Assembly (NCBI GenBank): GCA_963665285.1
Contig: OY762266.1
Location: 1,032,059-1,096,058, forward strand
DNA from: Candidatus Poribacteria bacterium
GTDB lineage: Bacteria; Poribacteria; WGA-4E; PCPOR2b
Direction of reading: 5' to 3'
DNA length: 64,000 nucleotides
Part shown: positions 1 to 8,559 of the stretch, one piece after another
How the letters are laid out: each line of letters opens with the position of its first letter
Numbering within the stretch: position 1 is the first letter of the stretch
Translations under genes and position numbers: made by a program
The notes under the pieces: model-generated
Told to the model about the DNA's origin: nothing
Seen by the model: the letters and a program-made list of their open reading frames with translations, nothing else
Database searches by the model: none

Positions 1-1478
1 ATGCCAGTACAGTCAACCTGGCATACCAGCTCTGGCGACAACCGCAAACCCCGCGTTACGACAAAATTGCACCGCGGGAGTATGATGAGTTTTTCTTTCA
101 ACCGCAAGATCGAGATCTGCTCTACGCCACCTACCTCTCCAAACCGGAAAACTTGGCGATCGATCAGATTCAACTCACCACCTCGTTTCATCGGCAAAAA
201 GAGGGGCGGAATGAACTCCTACGCGATTCAACGGAACGGCGCGAGCGGTTCGATACCGTCAACACAGTGGGACTCAGCGCACAGGCGGTCAATTCATCGC
301 TGCCGAATCAACGCGTCGTCGCAGGTGGTGAATTCTATTTTGATACTCTTTCGAGCGAAACAATCAAAACCAACATCAAGACCGGTGCTGAAAATGCAGA
401 CGACACAAAGGGCAGGTTCATCAACGGATCGCAATTCTGGGATGCTAATCTCTACATTCAGGACGAAATAGAATTGCACGAACGCCTCGAAATGACGCTT
501 GGTGGACGCTATACCCTTTACAACACAAACGCGGACCTGTCGGTGCGCTCCGATCAGTTTGATGACTTTAACCAATCCGGTAACGCATTGACCTACAGCG
601 CAGGGCTAGTTGCAAGCGTCACCGACGGATTAAACATCGTCGGTAATTTCGCCACATCGTTCCGCGCGCCTTCTTTGAACGATACAACTGCTGTTGAAGT
701 CACCAATGAAGGTATCGACTCCCCTTCACCAGATCTCAAATCGGAGAGAGGATGGACAGCAGAAGGAGGCTTTAAGGCACGCTATCCGTGGCTTATCGGT
801 TCACTGACCCTTTTTCATGGTCGCGTCAGCGATCTGGTCACCCGTGTACCCGTCGAAGATGCTTACAAAGACCAACCGCTGCCAGAACTGATTCAGGAAA
901 TCCAGCAAAGCAATCCGGGGGTTGATGTTTATGTATTCGATAATGTGGATGAAGTGCAGATCCAAGGCGTTGAACTGGCTGGAATGGTTCCGATTCCGAT
1001 TCAAAGCGGTTTGTCGCTCTACGGTAACGCGATGTTCACACGTGGAAAGGTACTGACCATCAACGGTGCAGCACCTGATCCCGATAAGCCGTGGGAAGAG
1101 CGGATTCGTCGTGAACCACCACTCAACGGCATGGTCGGTATTCGCTGGCAACCGCCTGCCCAACGATTCTGGGGAGAATTCTTCGTCCGTGCCGCAACCG
1201 GGCAGAGACGGTTAAATCGGAGCGATATTCGAGACCCACGGATTCCGGGAACCACTCGTGATACAGGTGAGGTCGAGTTTGATGCCAACGGCGCAGCGAT
1301 TGGTGAGGGTTCGCCGGGCTGGGTAACGCTTAACCTGCGTGGCGGTTTTCAGGTGACCCAATACAACCGACTCACCCTCGCCCTCGAAAATCTGCTTGAT
1401 AAGCGGTACCGTGAACACGGCTCCGGCATCAATGCGCCGGGATTCAACCTGATTGTCAGCCTTGACAACCAGTTTTGA
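1..1478 (+). CDS. TonB-dependent outer-membrane receptor, C-terminal beta-barrel portion (5' end lies outside the window)
   Basis: Frame 3 is open from the window edge; the protein ends ...NLIVSLDNQF with the terminal aromatic residue and beta-barrel strand periodicity typical of TonB-dependent receptors; the RYxEH-like motif (DKRYREHGSG) is near the C-terminus. Confidence 0.8.
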   Translation, partial: ASTVNLAYQLWRQPQTPRYDKIAPREYDEFFFQPQDRDLLYATYLSKPENLAIDQIQLTTSFHRQKEGRNELLRDSTERRERFDTVNTVGLSAQAVNSSLPNQRVVAGGEFYFDTLSSETIKTNIKTGAENADDTKGRFINGSQFWDANLYIQDEIELHERLEMTLGGRYTLYNTNADLSVRSDQFDDFNQSGNALTYSAGLVASVTDGLNIVGNFATSFRAPSLNDTTAVEVTNEGIDSPSPDLKSERGWTAEGGFKARYPWLIGSLTLFHGRVSDLVTRVPVEDAYKDQPLPELIQEIQQSNPGVDVYVFDNVDEVQIQGVELAGMVPIPIQSGLSLYGNAMFTRGKVLTINGAAPDPDKPWEERIRREPPLNGMVGIRWQPPAQRFWGEFFVRAATGQRRLNRSDIRDPRIPGTTRDTGEVEFDANGAAIGEGSPGWVTLNLRGGFQVTQYNRLTLALENLLDKRYREHGSGINAPGFNLIVSLDNQF

Positions 1479-1692
1479 TTGTCGGAGATTGAGAAGATTA
1501 ATTCGAGAAGTCGCGCACATATCCATCTGACCTTAATTACATTCCGGTCAAGGAGTATTACATATTCAGGTTATTACTTGAATATGTAGCAATCCCCCTC
1601 CTAGCCATTCTTTGCTTAACCGCCAAATCGCTTCACACCAAAATCTACAGAATGGACTCGGATGGGGCAATCAGACACGGCTCACGTTAAAT

Positions 1693-2239
1693 CATAGTAG
1701 ATTTTAGAATTATTGGGACACTCCCACTGCACAACCAACCCCCTAAATCCCCCTTATCAGGGGGACTTTGGAAAATTCGCACAGGTGGGTATTACCGGAA
1801 GGGTGAAGATAATCGGAAGGGGTATGTAATGGATATCGATGGTGAAAATCAGTAGAACCTGACCTGTCATCCCGTGATTGTCATGTTAAACGTATGGCGA
1901 GCTGCTAGTTGCAGCCATATTCGACCTTATCGAAGTTCGGTATGCGGTAAGCTCTGTAAATCAGCATATAGATTAGATTGAACCAGAACATGAAACCCAA
2001 CACTATAATAGTAGGTCAGGTGTCCTGTCTATAGCTATAGCAGGACGATATGCACAATCTGAGTTATAGTGAATCTTAGAATTAATGGCACATTCTAAAC
2101 CGGTGCGGTTAGGAAACCGAACCCACCGTTTACCCGTTTGGTAGGCACTGTTTCCAACTGTGCCTATGCGGTGCGGTTGGAAACCGCACCTACCGGGGGG
2201 TGAAAGTGTGTTTTTATTTTTAGAATTCACCATAAACGT
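1693..2239 (+). repeat. Composite or ancestral copy of a MITE-like repeat family (left part at 1693-1785, right-end-like motif TAGAATTCACCATAAA at 2222-2239) with ~430 bp of unique structured sequence in between
   Basis: Shares the core CCCCCTAAATCCCCCTTATCAGGGGGACTTTGGAAAAT with the copies at 5077-5239 and 40069-40209. Confidence 0.35.
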
Positions 2240-2488
2240 AGTGAAGTTCGGATTTTCTTGAAAAGCCGAATCCAAAGTGGTTCGGTATAATAGCAGAAAA
2301 GGCAACCAAAGTCACATAGGAAACGCTCCCAACGCCAATTGTTAGCAAATTCCTAGGTGACAATTGACTCGACACGCCTATCTCCGATTTCTCGTAGAGG
2401 GGGTGTTTTTTATCTGCCGCCCTTTCTGCTGCTAATTAGTATAATCGAATTACTAATAATTGTTAAGCAAATTCTAAAGGAGATTCAA

Positions 2489-2992
2489 ATGATGAAACCG
2501 TTACACATTGCTAAAATCCTATTTTTAATTACATTACTGATTTCGATTGGGTTGGTTGGTTGTGGTGAAGAATACGACGACGATGACCACGATAACAATG
2601 AATATGACGACGATAATGACGATGATGAGTATGACGATGATGACGACGATAGGCGTGCTGCCAATGCTCTCGGCGTCGTATTTGATAATCCCGTAGATGC
2701 TGGCAGACCAAGTCCCTCGTTTAACGCCGATATCCTGCCTATCCTTACGAACCGATGTGCCTTTGCAGGATGCCATGTCGCTGGAGGACCAGACGGTATA
2801 GATCTCCGCACATATAACGCCGTGATTGCCGGAGGAAGAGATGACGATACTGTCATTGCCGGCGATGCGAGAGAGAGTGAACTAGTTGAAGTAATTATTG
2901 AGGGCGAGATGCCACCTGGTGGTCCACCTTTGCCAGCAGCTCAGATCCAACTCATCATTGATTGGATCAATGAAGGTGCTAAGAACAACTGA
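2489..2992 (+). CDS. Lipoprotein with an acidic Asp/Glu-rich linker and one PSCyt1-like (Planctomycete cytochrome c-like) domain, CAFAGCH motif
   Basis: ATG at 2489 follows AAGGAG; lipobox LVGCG; IxPILxxRCxxxxCH...MPP...IxxWIxxGA pattern matches the PSCyt1 family; TGA stop. Confidence 0.7.
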   Translation: MMKPLHIAKILFLITLLISIGLVGCGEEYDDDDHDNNEYDDDNDDDEYDDDDDDRRAANALGVVFDNPVDAGRPSPSFNADILPILTNRCAFAGCHVAGGPDGIDLRTYNAVIAGGRDDDTVIAGDARESELVEVIIEGEMPPGGPPLPAAQIQLIIDWINEGAKNN

Positions 2993-3239
2993 ACCCGATC
3001 AAATATGTAGGAGTTACGCACTTCAGCTTGCAGTATCGCAATTCAGTGGACGGATGTAAGGACCGCAGATCTGCGGTCCCTACGAAATCGTGGATCCACG
3101 GTTTGGTAATGTTTGAGGGCAACCACAAGGGTTGTCCCTACGAGGCTTTGAACGTTCAGCCGCGTAAGTCCTAATATGTTTCGTTTTCGTAGATCTTTTA
3201 CAGATAGAGTGGAAAATAGTTAATTGGAGGAAATAACTG

Positions 3240-5075
3240 ATGTCCACGAAATTAAAGAAATATCTAAGTATTACAATATGTCTGTTTTTTACAGTGATAG
3301 GTTGCGCAATCAAACACCAAGGCTCTAATCGTTTGGATAAAAATGAGGAGGGCGAGTCCCATAACTCCTCGACCTCCGATGTTGGCTTGGATCCCTCTGG
3401 CGATGAAAATCTAAAGAAAACCGGTAATACAGAAGGTCTTGAAAAGGATGGATTGAAGCAGCATAACTTCGGTGAAAATGGAACGACCGACTCTAGTCTA
3501 AGTGGCTCTAGCAATGGGGTGGTGATTTACCCAACAGCCCAAAAGCCGAGTTCCAACGTGTATAGCCAGAGAGCGCAACATCGCGACGACGACGATGATG
3601 ACGACGACCATGATGACGACGACCATGACGATGACCATGATGATGACGACGACCATGACGATGATGATGACGACGACCACGACGATGACCATGATGATGA
3701 TGATGACGACGATGATGACGACGATTACCATTATGGTAATGTGTTATTTGATGATCCTACAGATGCCGGTAGATCCAGTCCCTCTTTTCAGGATGATATT
3801 TTACCTATCCTTACAAACCGATGTGCCTTCGCAGGGTGCCATGTCGCCGGGGGACCGTACGGTATAGATCTCCGTACCTATAACGCCGTGATGGCAGGAG
3901 GCCATGATGGTGCTATTGTCATTGCAGGCAATGCGCGAAGGAGCGAACTAGTCGAACAAATTGTTGAGGGCGAAATGCCTCCTAGCGGTCCACCTTTGCC
4001 GGCAGCTCAGATCCAACTCATCATTGATTGGATTAATGAGGGAGCCAAGAATAACTCAAATAATGAAACGAATGTGGTATCTGATAATCCTACAGATGCT
4101 GGTAGACCAATTCCCTCTTTTCAGGACGATATTTTACCTATCCTTACGAACCGATGTGCCTTCGCAGGGTGCCATGTCGCCGGAGGACCGGGCGGTATAG
4201 ATCTCCGTACGTATGATGCCGTGATTGCCGGAGGCAGTAAGGGTGCTATCGTTATTGCAGGCGATGCGGGAGAGAGCGAACTGGTCAAACAGATCGTTGA
4301 GGGTACAATGCCCCCTGGCGGTCCACCTTTGCCGGCAGCTCAGATCCAACTCATCACTGATTGGATTAATGAGGGAGCCAAGAACAACTTGGACGGTGAA
4401 ACAGATCGCGAGCCTCCGATTCCTCCAGATTCGTTCCCATCCCCGGACGTTAATCGGGATGGAGTCGTGAATATCCTAGATCTGATACAGGCTGCCTTTC
4501 AATTCGGACAAGTTGGCCCCCATCTCGCCGGAGATGTCAATGGCAACGGGACCGTGGATGTGGCCGATTTGATACTTATCAGCGTGGGTTTGAGCGGAAA
4601 TGCTGCAGCACCTGCGCCACCTGTTGACGATTCAAGTCTAACTACCAACTATCATCCATCAAGTGTCAAGCGTCAATTCCAAGCCCTTGCAGCTCTGGAA
4701 TCACTGGCAACCCCCTCACGTGAGGTACATCTTGCCCGCGATATGCTCAAAGCGTGGTTAGCCCGCGTGAAGCTGTTGGTCACGGAAACGAAATTGCTGC
4801 CAAACTATCCCAACCCGTTCAATCCTGAAACGTGGATACCCTACCAGCTAGCAGAGACTGCCTATGTAAAAATTCACATTTATGATGTCGTTGGGAATCT
4901 GGTGAGGACGTTAGATCTGGGCACCAAACCTGTGGGCAATTATATGTCACGGGAACAAGCAGCATATTGGGATGGCCGCAATGACATGGGGGAAGGGGTC
5001 AGCAGTGGGGTGTATTTCTACACGCTGACGACAGGGGATTATCAGACAACGCGCCGGATGATCGTTGCGCGATAA
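3240..5075 (+). CDS. Secreted lipoprotein: ~60-residue poly-Asp/His tract, two PSCyt1-like domains (CX4CH), dockerin-like pair of Ca-binding loops, C-terminal T9SS sorting domain
   Basis: GGAGG RBS; lipobox VIGCA; DVNRDGVVNILDL and DVNGNGTVDVADL segments; C-terminus LLPNYPNPFNPETWIPY...GVYFYTL (Por_Secre_tail-type CTD). Confidence 0.8.
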   Translation: MSTKLKKYLSITICLFFTVIGCAIKHQGSNRLDKNEEGESHNSSTSDVGLDPSGDENLKKTGNTEGLEKDGLKQHNFGENGTTDSSLSGSSNGVVIYPTAQKPSSNVYSQRAQHRDDDDDDDDHDDDDHDDDHDDDDDHDDDDDDDHDDDHDDDDDDDDDDDYHYGNVLFDDPTDAGRSSPSFQDDILPILTNRCAFAGCHVAGGPYGIDLRTYNAVMAGGHDGAIVIAGNARRSELVEQIVEGEMPPSGPPLPAAQIQLIIDWINEGAKNNSNNETNVVSDNPTDAGRPIPSFQDDILPILTNRCAFAGCHVAGGPGGIDLRTYDAVIAGGSKGAIVIAGDAGESELVKQIVEGTMPPGGPPLPAAQIQLITDWINEGAKNNLDGETDREPPIPPDSFPSPDVNRDGVVNILDLIQAAFQFGQVGPHLAGDVNGNGTVDVADLILISVGLSGNAAAPAPPVDDSSLTTNYHPSSVKRQFQALAALESLATPSREVHLARDMLKAWLARVKLLVTETKLLPNYPNPFNPETWIPYQLAETAYVKIHIYDVVGNLVRTLDLGTKPVGNYMSREQAAYWDGRNDMGEGVSSGVYFYTLTTGDYQTTRRMIVAR

Positions 5076-5076
5076 A

Positions 5077-5239
5077 TTATGGTGAGTTAGACAAATAAGT
5101 GGACATTTGCCAAAGTCCCCTCTTTCCCCCTAATAAGGGCGCTAGGGGGTTACGGATTTAGGCGGTTGTTTGTAGGTACAGATTGCCTAATCTGTACATG
5201 GGCATTGGCAGTGTGTAAGTAATTCTAAAATCCACCATA
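5077..5239 (-). repeat. MITE-like non-coding repeat, copy 2 (inverted relative to the 40069-40209 copy); abuts the stop codon of the upstream gene
   Basis: About 150 bp with near-identity to 40069-40209, including the palindrome GTACAGATTAGGCAATCTGTAC and the CCCCCTAAATCC...GGGGGACTTTGG core; terminal ATGGTG / CACCAT ends. Confidence 0.5.
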
Positions 5240-5432
5240 GTTTTACTGTAGGAGGGATTTCCAAATCCCGACAGCCCACGGTAGGGGCGATCTCCCGGTT
5301 GCAACTTTTCAAGCAAAATGGTTAAAAAGCCGAAAACTGAAGAGCCCTGTGTATTTCTTCGACTACCGTTGGCTATTTGCCTACGATGTGCTATAATTGA
5401 AGACACATTTAACCATTGTGAGGACTAAATTC

Positions 5433-7451
5433 ATGGTCAAATCCACCTGCACAATCTGTCTACATCTTCTAGCTTTTGGGATCGCAAGTTGCCTTTGTGC
5501 TTCAGCACAAGATGACACAGAACCTGTTGAACTCGACGAAATTGTGGTGACACCCGGCAGGTTCGCGATTGATGATGGGACACCCTCAAAGTTATCACTC
5601 TCAAAGCAACGGATTGAGCAGTTTCCGTTGGTTGATAACGATGTGATGCGGGCTGCACATATTTTTCCGGGGGTCGTTGCGAGCGATTACAGCGCACGAT
5701 TCAGCGTTCGCGGGGGCGAAAAGGACGACATTTTGGTCAGATTAGACGGGATGGAACTCTTCGATCCGTACCACCTACAAGATTGGGGAGGCGCTGTTTC
5801 GCTCGTTGGACTCGATTTAATCCAGCGTGTCGAATTGCTGATGGGTGGCTTCCCAGCGGAGTACGGGGATAAAATGTCCGGTGTGTTTGATATCGCCACG
5901 AAAGAGGAGAAGATTGAGAAGGTTTCTGCTAATTTCGGGCTTGACCTTATCAATACAACCGCAATGGTGGAGGGCCCCCTATCAGAAAAAGGGTCATGGC
6001 GCCTGTCAGCACGCCGGGGTTACGTTGACCTGATCCTTGCCATGATTGATTTCGATGAAGACTACAAACCACAATATGCTGATGTATACGGCAAGCTGAC
6101 CTACGCACCGACACAGAAGGATACGCTCACACTCAATGGATTATATGGCTGGGATAAGAACCGGATTCGGCAAGGGGACCCCGACAATAACTTAGATTCG
6201 CGCTATGATAATTTAACCGTTTGGACGCGGTGGCGGCATCACTTCGGCACAGCGAACTGGTCTGATGTGTTTGTTTTTGGAGGGACCGCAGCGCATGATC
6301 GTCAGACCGGAGCGGCGAATTCTGATGTGCGTTCGTTCCATTTCTTCGGCACCAAAACGGAATTCACCGCCGGTTTTCTGGATAAACATCTGTTTCGTAG
6401 CGGAATCGAATGGCGTTGGACCGCAGCGCAGTACGATTACGACGTCCGAGAACGGCAGCCCGGAATAGATCAGTACACACGAATCCTTGCAGATTTTGAA
6501 GACAATGGAGGCGAAATCAAGGCGTTTCTTCAAGATGAGTGGCAGCTACATCCGAAACTCGCGCTCAATGTGGGAGGACGGTACGTGCTGCAGAACTATC
6601 GCGCCGCCGGTATCCAAAGCTATGAAATTGGACCTCGGATTGCACTTGCGGTGCGGCCAATAGAGAAACTGGTGTTGCGTGGGGCGTGGGGAATCTATCA
6701 CCAACCCATTTCTATGATGAATATTCCTGTGGAGGATAACGTTCAGACCGCTGGACGTGCTGAACAGGCGGTTCATTACATTCTCGGCGGTGAATACCAT
6801 CCACACGCTAATTTCTTGTTCCGTTTGGAGGCGTACTACAAGACACTGGACAATCTTTCAGGGCGGCTCAGGGAGTTCGGACGACAGACCCAGATTTTCG
6901 CACCTCCGGAATATGGAGAGGCAAAAGGGATGGATGTTTTTGCGACGCATGCAGTTTCAGATCGGCTAACGTGGGGAGTCGGCTATGCATACACCATTGC
7001 GAAAGAGAGTGCAGGCGGTGAGACATTTTTTCGTCAGTCCGACCGACGGCATTCACTCGCGCTCAGTAGCAGCCATCAACTTTCACGGGGGTGGCATCTC
7101 TATCTTACTTGGCGTTTCCATACCGGCGAACCGAGAACGCCGTTGACGCATACGCTGGTTTCGCTTCCGGGAGGTGGCAGCGTGTGTGACCGACAGTTTG
7201 GGGAGACGCATTCAGAGCGGCTACCACCTTATCACAGTCTCGATTTCCGGTTTACGAAACGGAATCCATATAGCCGGTGGGAACTCACATGGTATTTTCA
7301 AATCTTAAATCTCTACAATCGTACTAACCTTGACCAATACGCGTTCAGCGAGAATCGAGACGAGGAAACGGGCGCGCTGCTCGGGTGTGAGATTGATGAA
7401 GAACCGATGCTGCCGATCCTGCCGACACTGGGTATTTCGGTCACTTTTTAA
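5433..7451 (+). CDS. TonB-dependent receptor (plug plus beta-barrel)
   Basis: Signal peptide MVKSTCTICLHLLAFGIASCLCASAQ; plug motif DEIVVT; C-terminal ...LGISVTF; GAGG RBS upstream of the 5433 ATG. Confidence 0.85.
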   Translation: MVKSTCTICLHLLAFGIASCLCASAQDDTEPVELDEIVVTPGRFAIDDGTPSKLSLSKQRIEQFPLVDNDVMRAAHIFPGVVASDYSARFSVRGGEKDDILVRLDGMELFDPYHLQDWGGAVSLVGLDLIQRVELLMGGFPAEYGDKMSGVFDIATKEEKIEKVSANFGLDLINTTAMVEGPLSEKGSWRLSARRGYVDLILAMIDFDEDYKPQYADVYGKLTYAPTQKDTLTLNGLYGWDKNRIRQGDPDNNLDSRYDNLTVWTRWRHHFGTANWSDVFVFGGTAAHDRQTGAANSDVRSFHFFGTKTEFTAGFLDKHLFRSGIEWRWTAAQYDYDVRERQPGIDQYTRILADFEDNGGEIKAFLQDEWQLHPKLALNVGGRYVLQNYRAAGIQSYEIGPRIALAVRPIEKLVLRGAWGIYHQPISMMNIPVEDNVQTAGRAEQAVHYILGGEYHPHANFLFRLEAYYKTLDNLSGRLREFGRQTQIFAPPEYGEAKGMDVFATHAVSDRLTWGVGYAYTIAKESAGGETFFRQSDRRHSLALSSSHQLSRGWHLYLTWRFHTGEPRTPLTHTLVSLPGGGSVCDRQFGETHSERLPPYHSLDFRFTKRNPYSRWELTWYFQILNLYNRTNLDQYAFSENRDEETGALLGCEIDEEPMLPILPTLGISVTF

Positions 7452-7510
7452 GAGAGTAGCAGTACGTCTTGATTGGGCAACAAGTGCAAGAAGATAGGAA
7501 AGATTTGTTC

Positions 7511-8473
7511 ATGAAACGAAAATTAGTTTGGAAAATGTTGCTGATAGGGAGCAGTCTGTTGACACTAAACGCTTGGGGCAATAAGACGATTTCCTTCACC
7601 GCTGATCTGACGGGAAACCTCGACATCTACATCATGGATATCAATCGCAAGAATCCCGTCAACCTAACCAACCATCCGGCGGAGGACTCTTCCGCGACAT
7701 GGTCACCAGATGGCAGCGCTTTCGCTTACGTTTCACACAGGGATGGTAATCCAGAGATTTACGTGATGGAGATGAAGAACAAGGAATCTCGGCGGCTGAC
7801 GAACAACCGGGCAACTGACATCGATCCCGCTTGGTCGCCCGATGGACGCTGGATTGCCTTTGCATCTAACCATCACAGGGAACACGCGGCAGATACCGAC
7901 ATCTACATAATGAACCCAAACGGAAAGAAGGTTCAACAACTCACAAACAAGGGTGGACACAATTCAACACCGGCGTGGTCGCCGGATGGGCAGAGTATCG
8001 CATTCCGCACTACACTCGATGGTATCGGGGCGATCCATCTGATGAACGCAGACGGCAAAAAACAGCGCGCCCTCACGCAGGTATCCGCGACAAACCCCAC
8101 GTGGGCAGCCAGCGGCAAAGAGATCTACTTCTCTAGCGATATGTTCGACAATGTAAAGATGCCTACCCTGTTTGCCATAGATGTTAACGGGGGAAATGTC
8201 CGGAAGTTAGCAAACGCCGCCCAAGCCTGCGAGCAACCTGCCGAATCGCCCAATGGACAATGGATCGCCTATGTGTCAACTCAGGGCAATAACAAAGACA
8301 TCCATCTACTCGGTGTGGCAGATGGGGGGATCCAACAATTGACACAAGATCCAGGACAGGAATTTTCTCCTGCATGGGTGCCGTTAGGGTTCTCTGTTTC
8401 ACCAAACGCACACATGCGGACAACGCTCTGGGGAACCTTGAAGCAAACAGGTTTACAGTCAATCCACCGCTAA
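7511..8473 (+). CDS. TolB-like periplasmic beta-propeller protein (PD40/WD40-like repeats)
   Basis: Signal peptide, then repeated ...WSPDGxxIAFxS...DIYxM... blades typical of the TolB C-terminal propeller. Confidence 0.7.
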   Translation: MKRKLVWKMLLIGSSLLTLNAWGNKTISFTADLTGNLDIYIMDINRKNPVNLTNHPAEDSSATWSPDGSAFAYVSHRDGNPEIYVMEMKNKESRRLTNNRATDIDPAWSPDGRWIAFASNHHREHAADTDIYIMNPNGKKVQQLTNKGGHNSTPAWSPDGQSIAFRTTLDGIGAIHLMNADGKKQRALTQVSATNPTWAASGKEIYFSSDMFDNVKMPTLFAIDVNGGNVRKLANAAQACEQPAESPNGQWIAYVSTQGNNKDIHLLGVADGGIQQLTQDPGQEFSPAWVPLGFSVSPNAHMRTTLWGTLKQTGLQSIHR

Positions 8474-8483
8474 AGTTGTAGGT

Positions 8484-8510
8484 GGGGCATCCCCGATAAG
8501 ATCGGGATTT
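8484..8510. repeat. REP-like palindromic element (GGGGCATCCCCGATAAGATCGGGATTTT), copy 1 of 3
   Basis: Inverted version of the AATCCCGATYTTATCGGGG motif also present at 43915-43943 and 58538-58562; hairpin followed by a T-rich run, so possibly also the terminator of the TolB-like gene. Confidence 0.4.
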
Positions 8511-8559
8511 TGTTGCGCTCAACTTGCTGCGCAATCTACTTTTGTGGCGCAACGGAGCC

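Noticed and set aside
1-471. 156-aa ORF in frame 1 at the window edge
   Set aside because: Low-complexity, non-protein-like translation. Frame 3 is open from position 3 and continues into the clear TonB-dependent receptor C-terminus, so this is an overlapping spurious frame.
3060-3079. Perfect 20-bp palindrome GGACCGCAGATCTGCGGTCC downstream of the first PSCyt1 gene
   Set aside because: Not followed by a T-run (poor intrinsic terminator) and occurs once. It may be a protein-binding site, but there is nothing to support a call.
3498-3867. ORFs encoding poly-Ile/Val/Met/Thr (3498-3731 minus, 3595-3867 plus)
   Set aside because: Alternative-frame and antisense readings of the GAC/GAT microsatellite that encodes the poly-Asp/His tract of the real gene.
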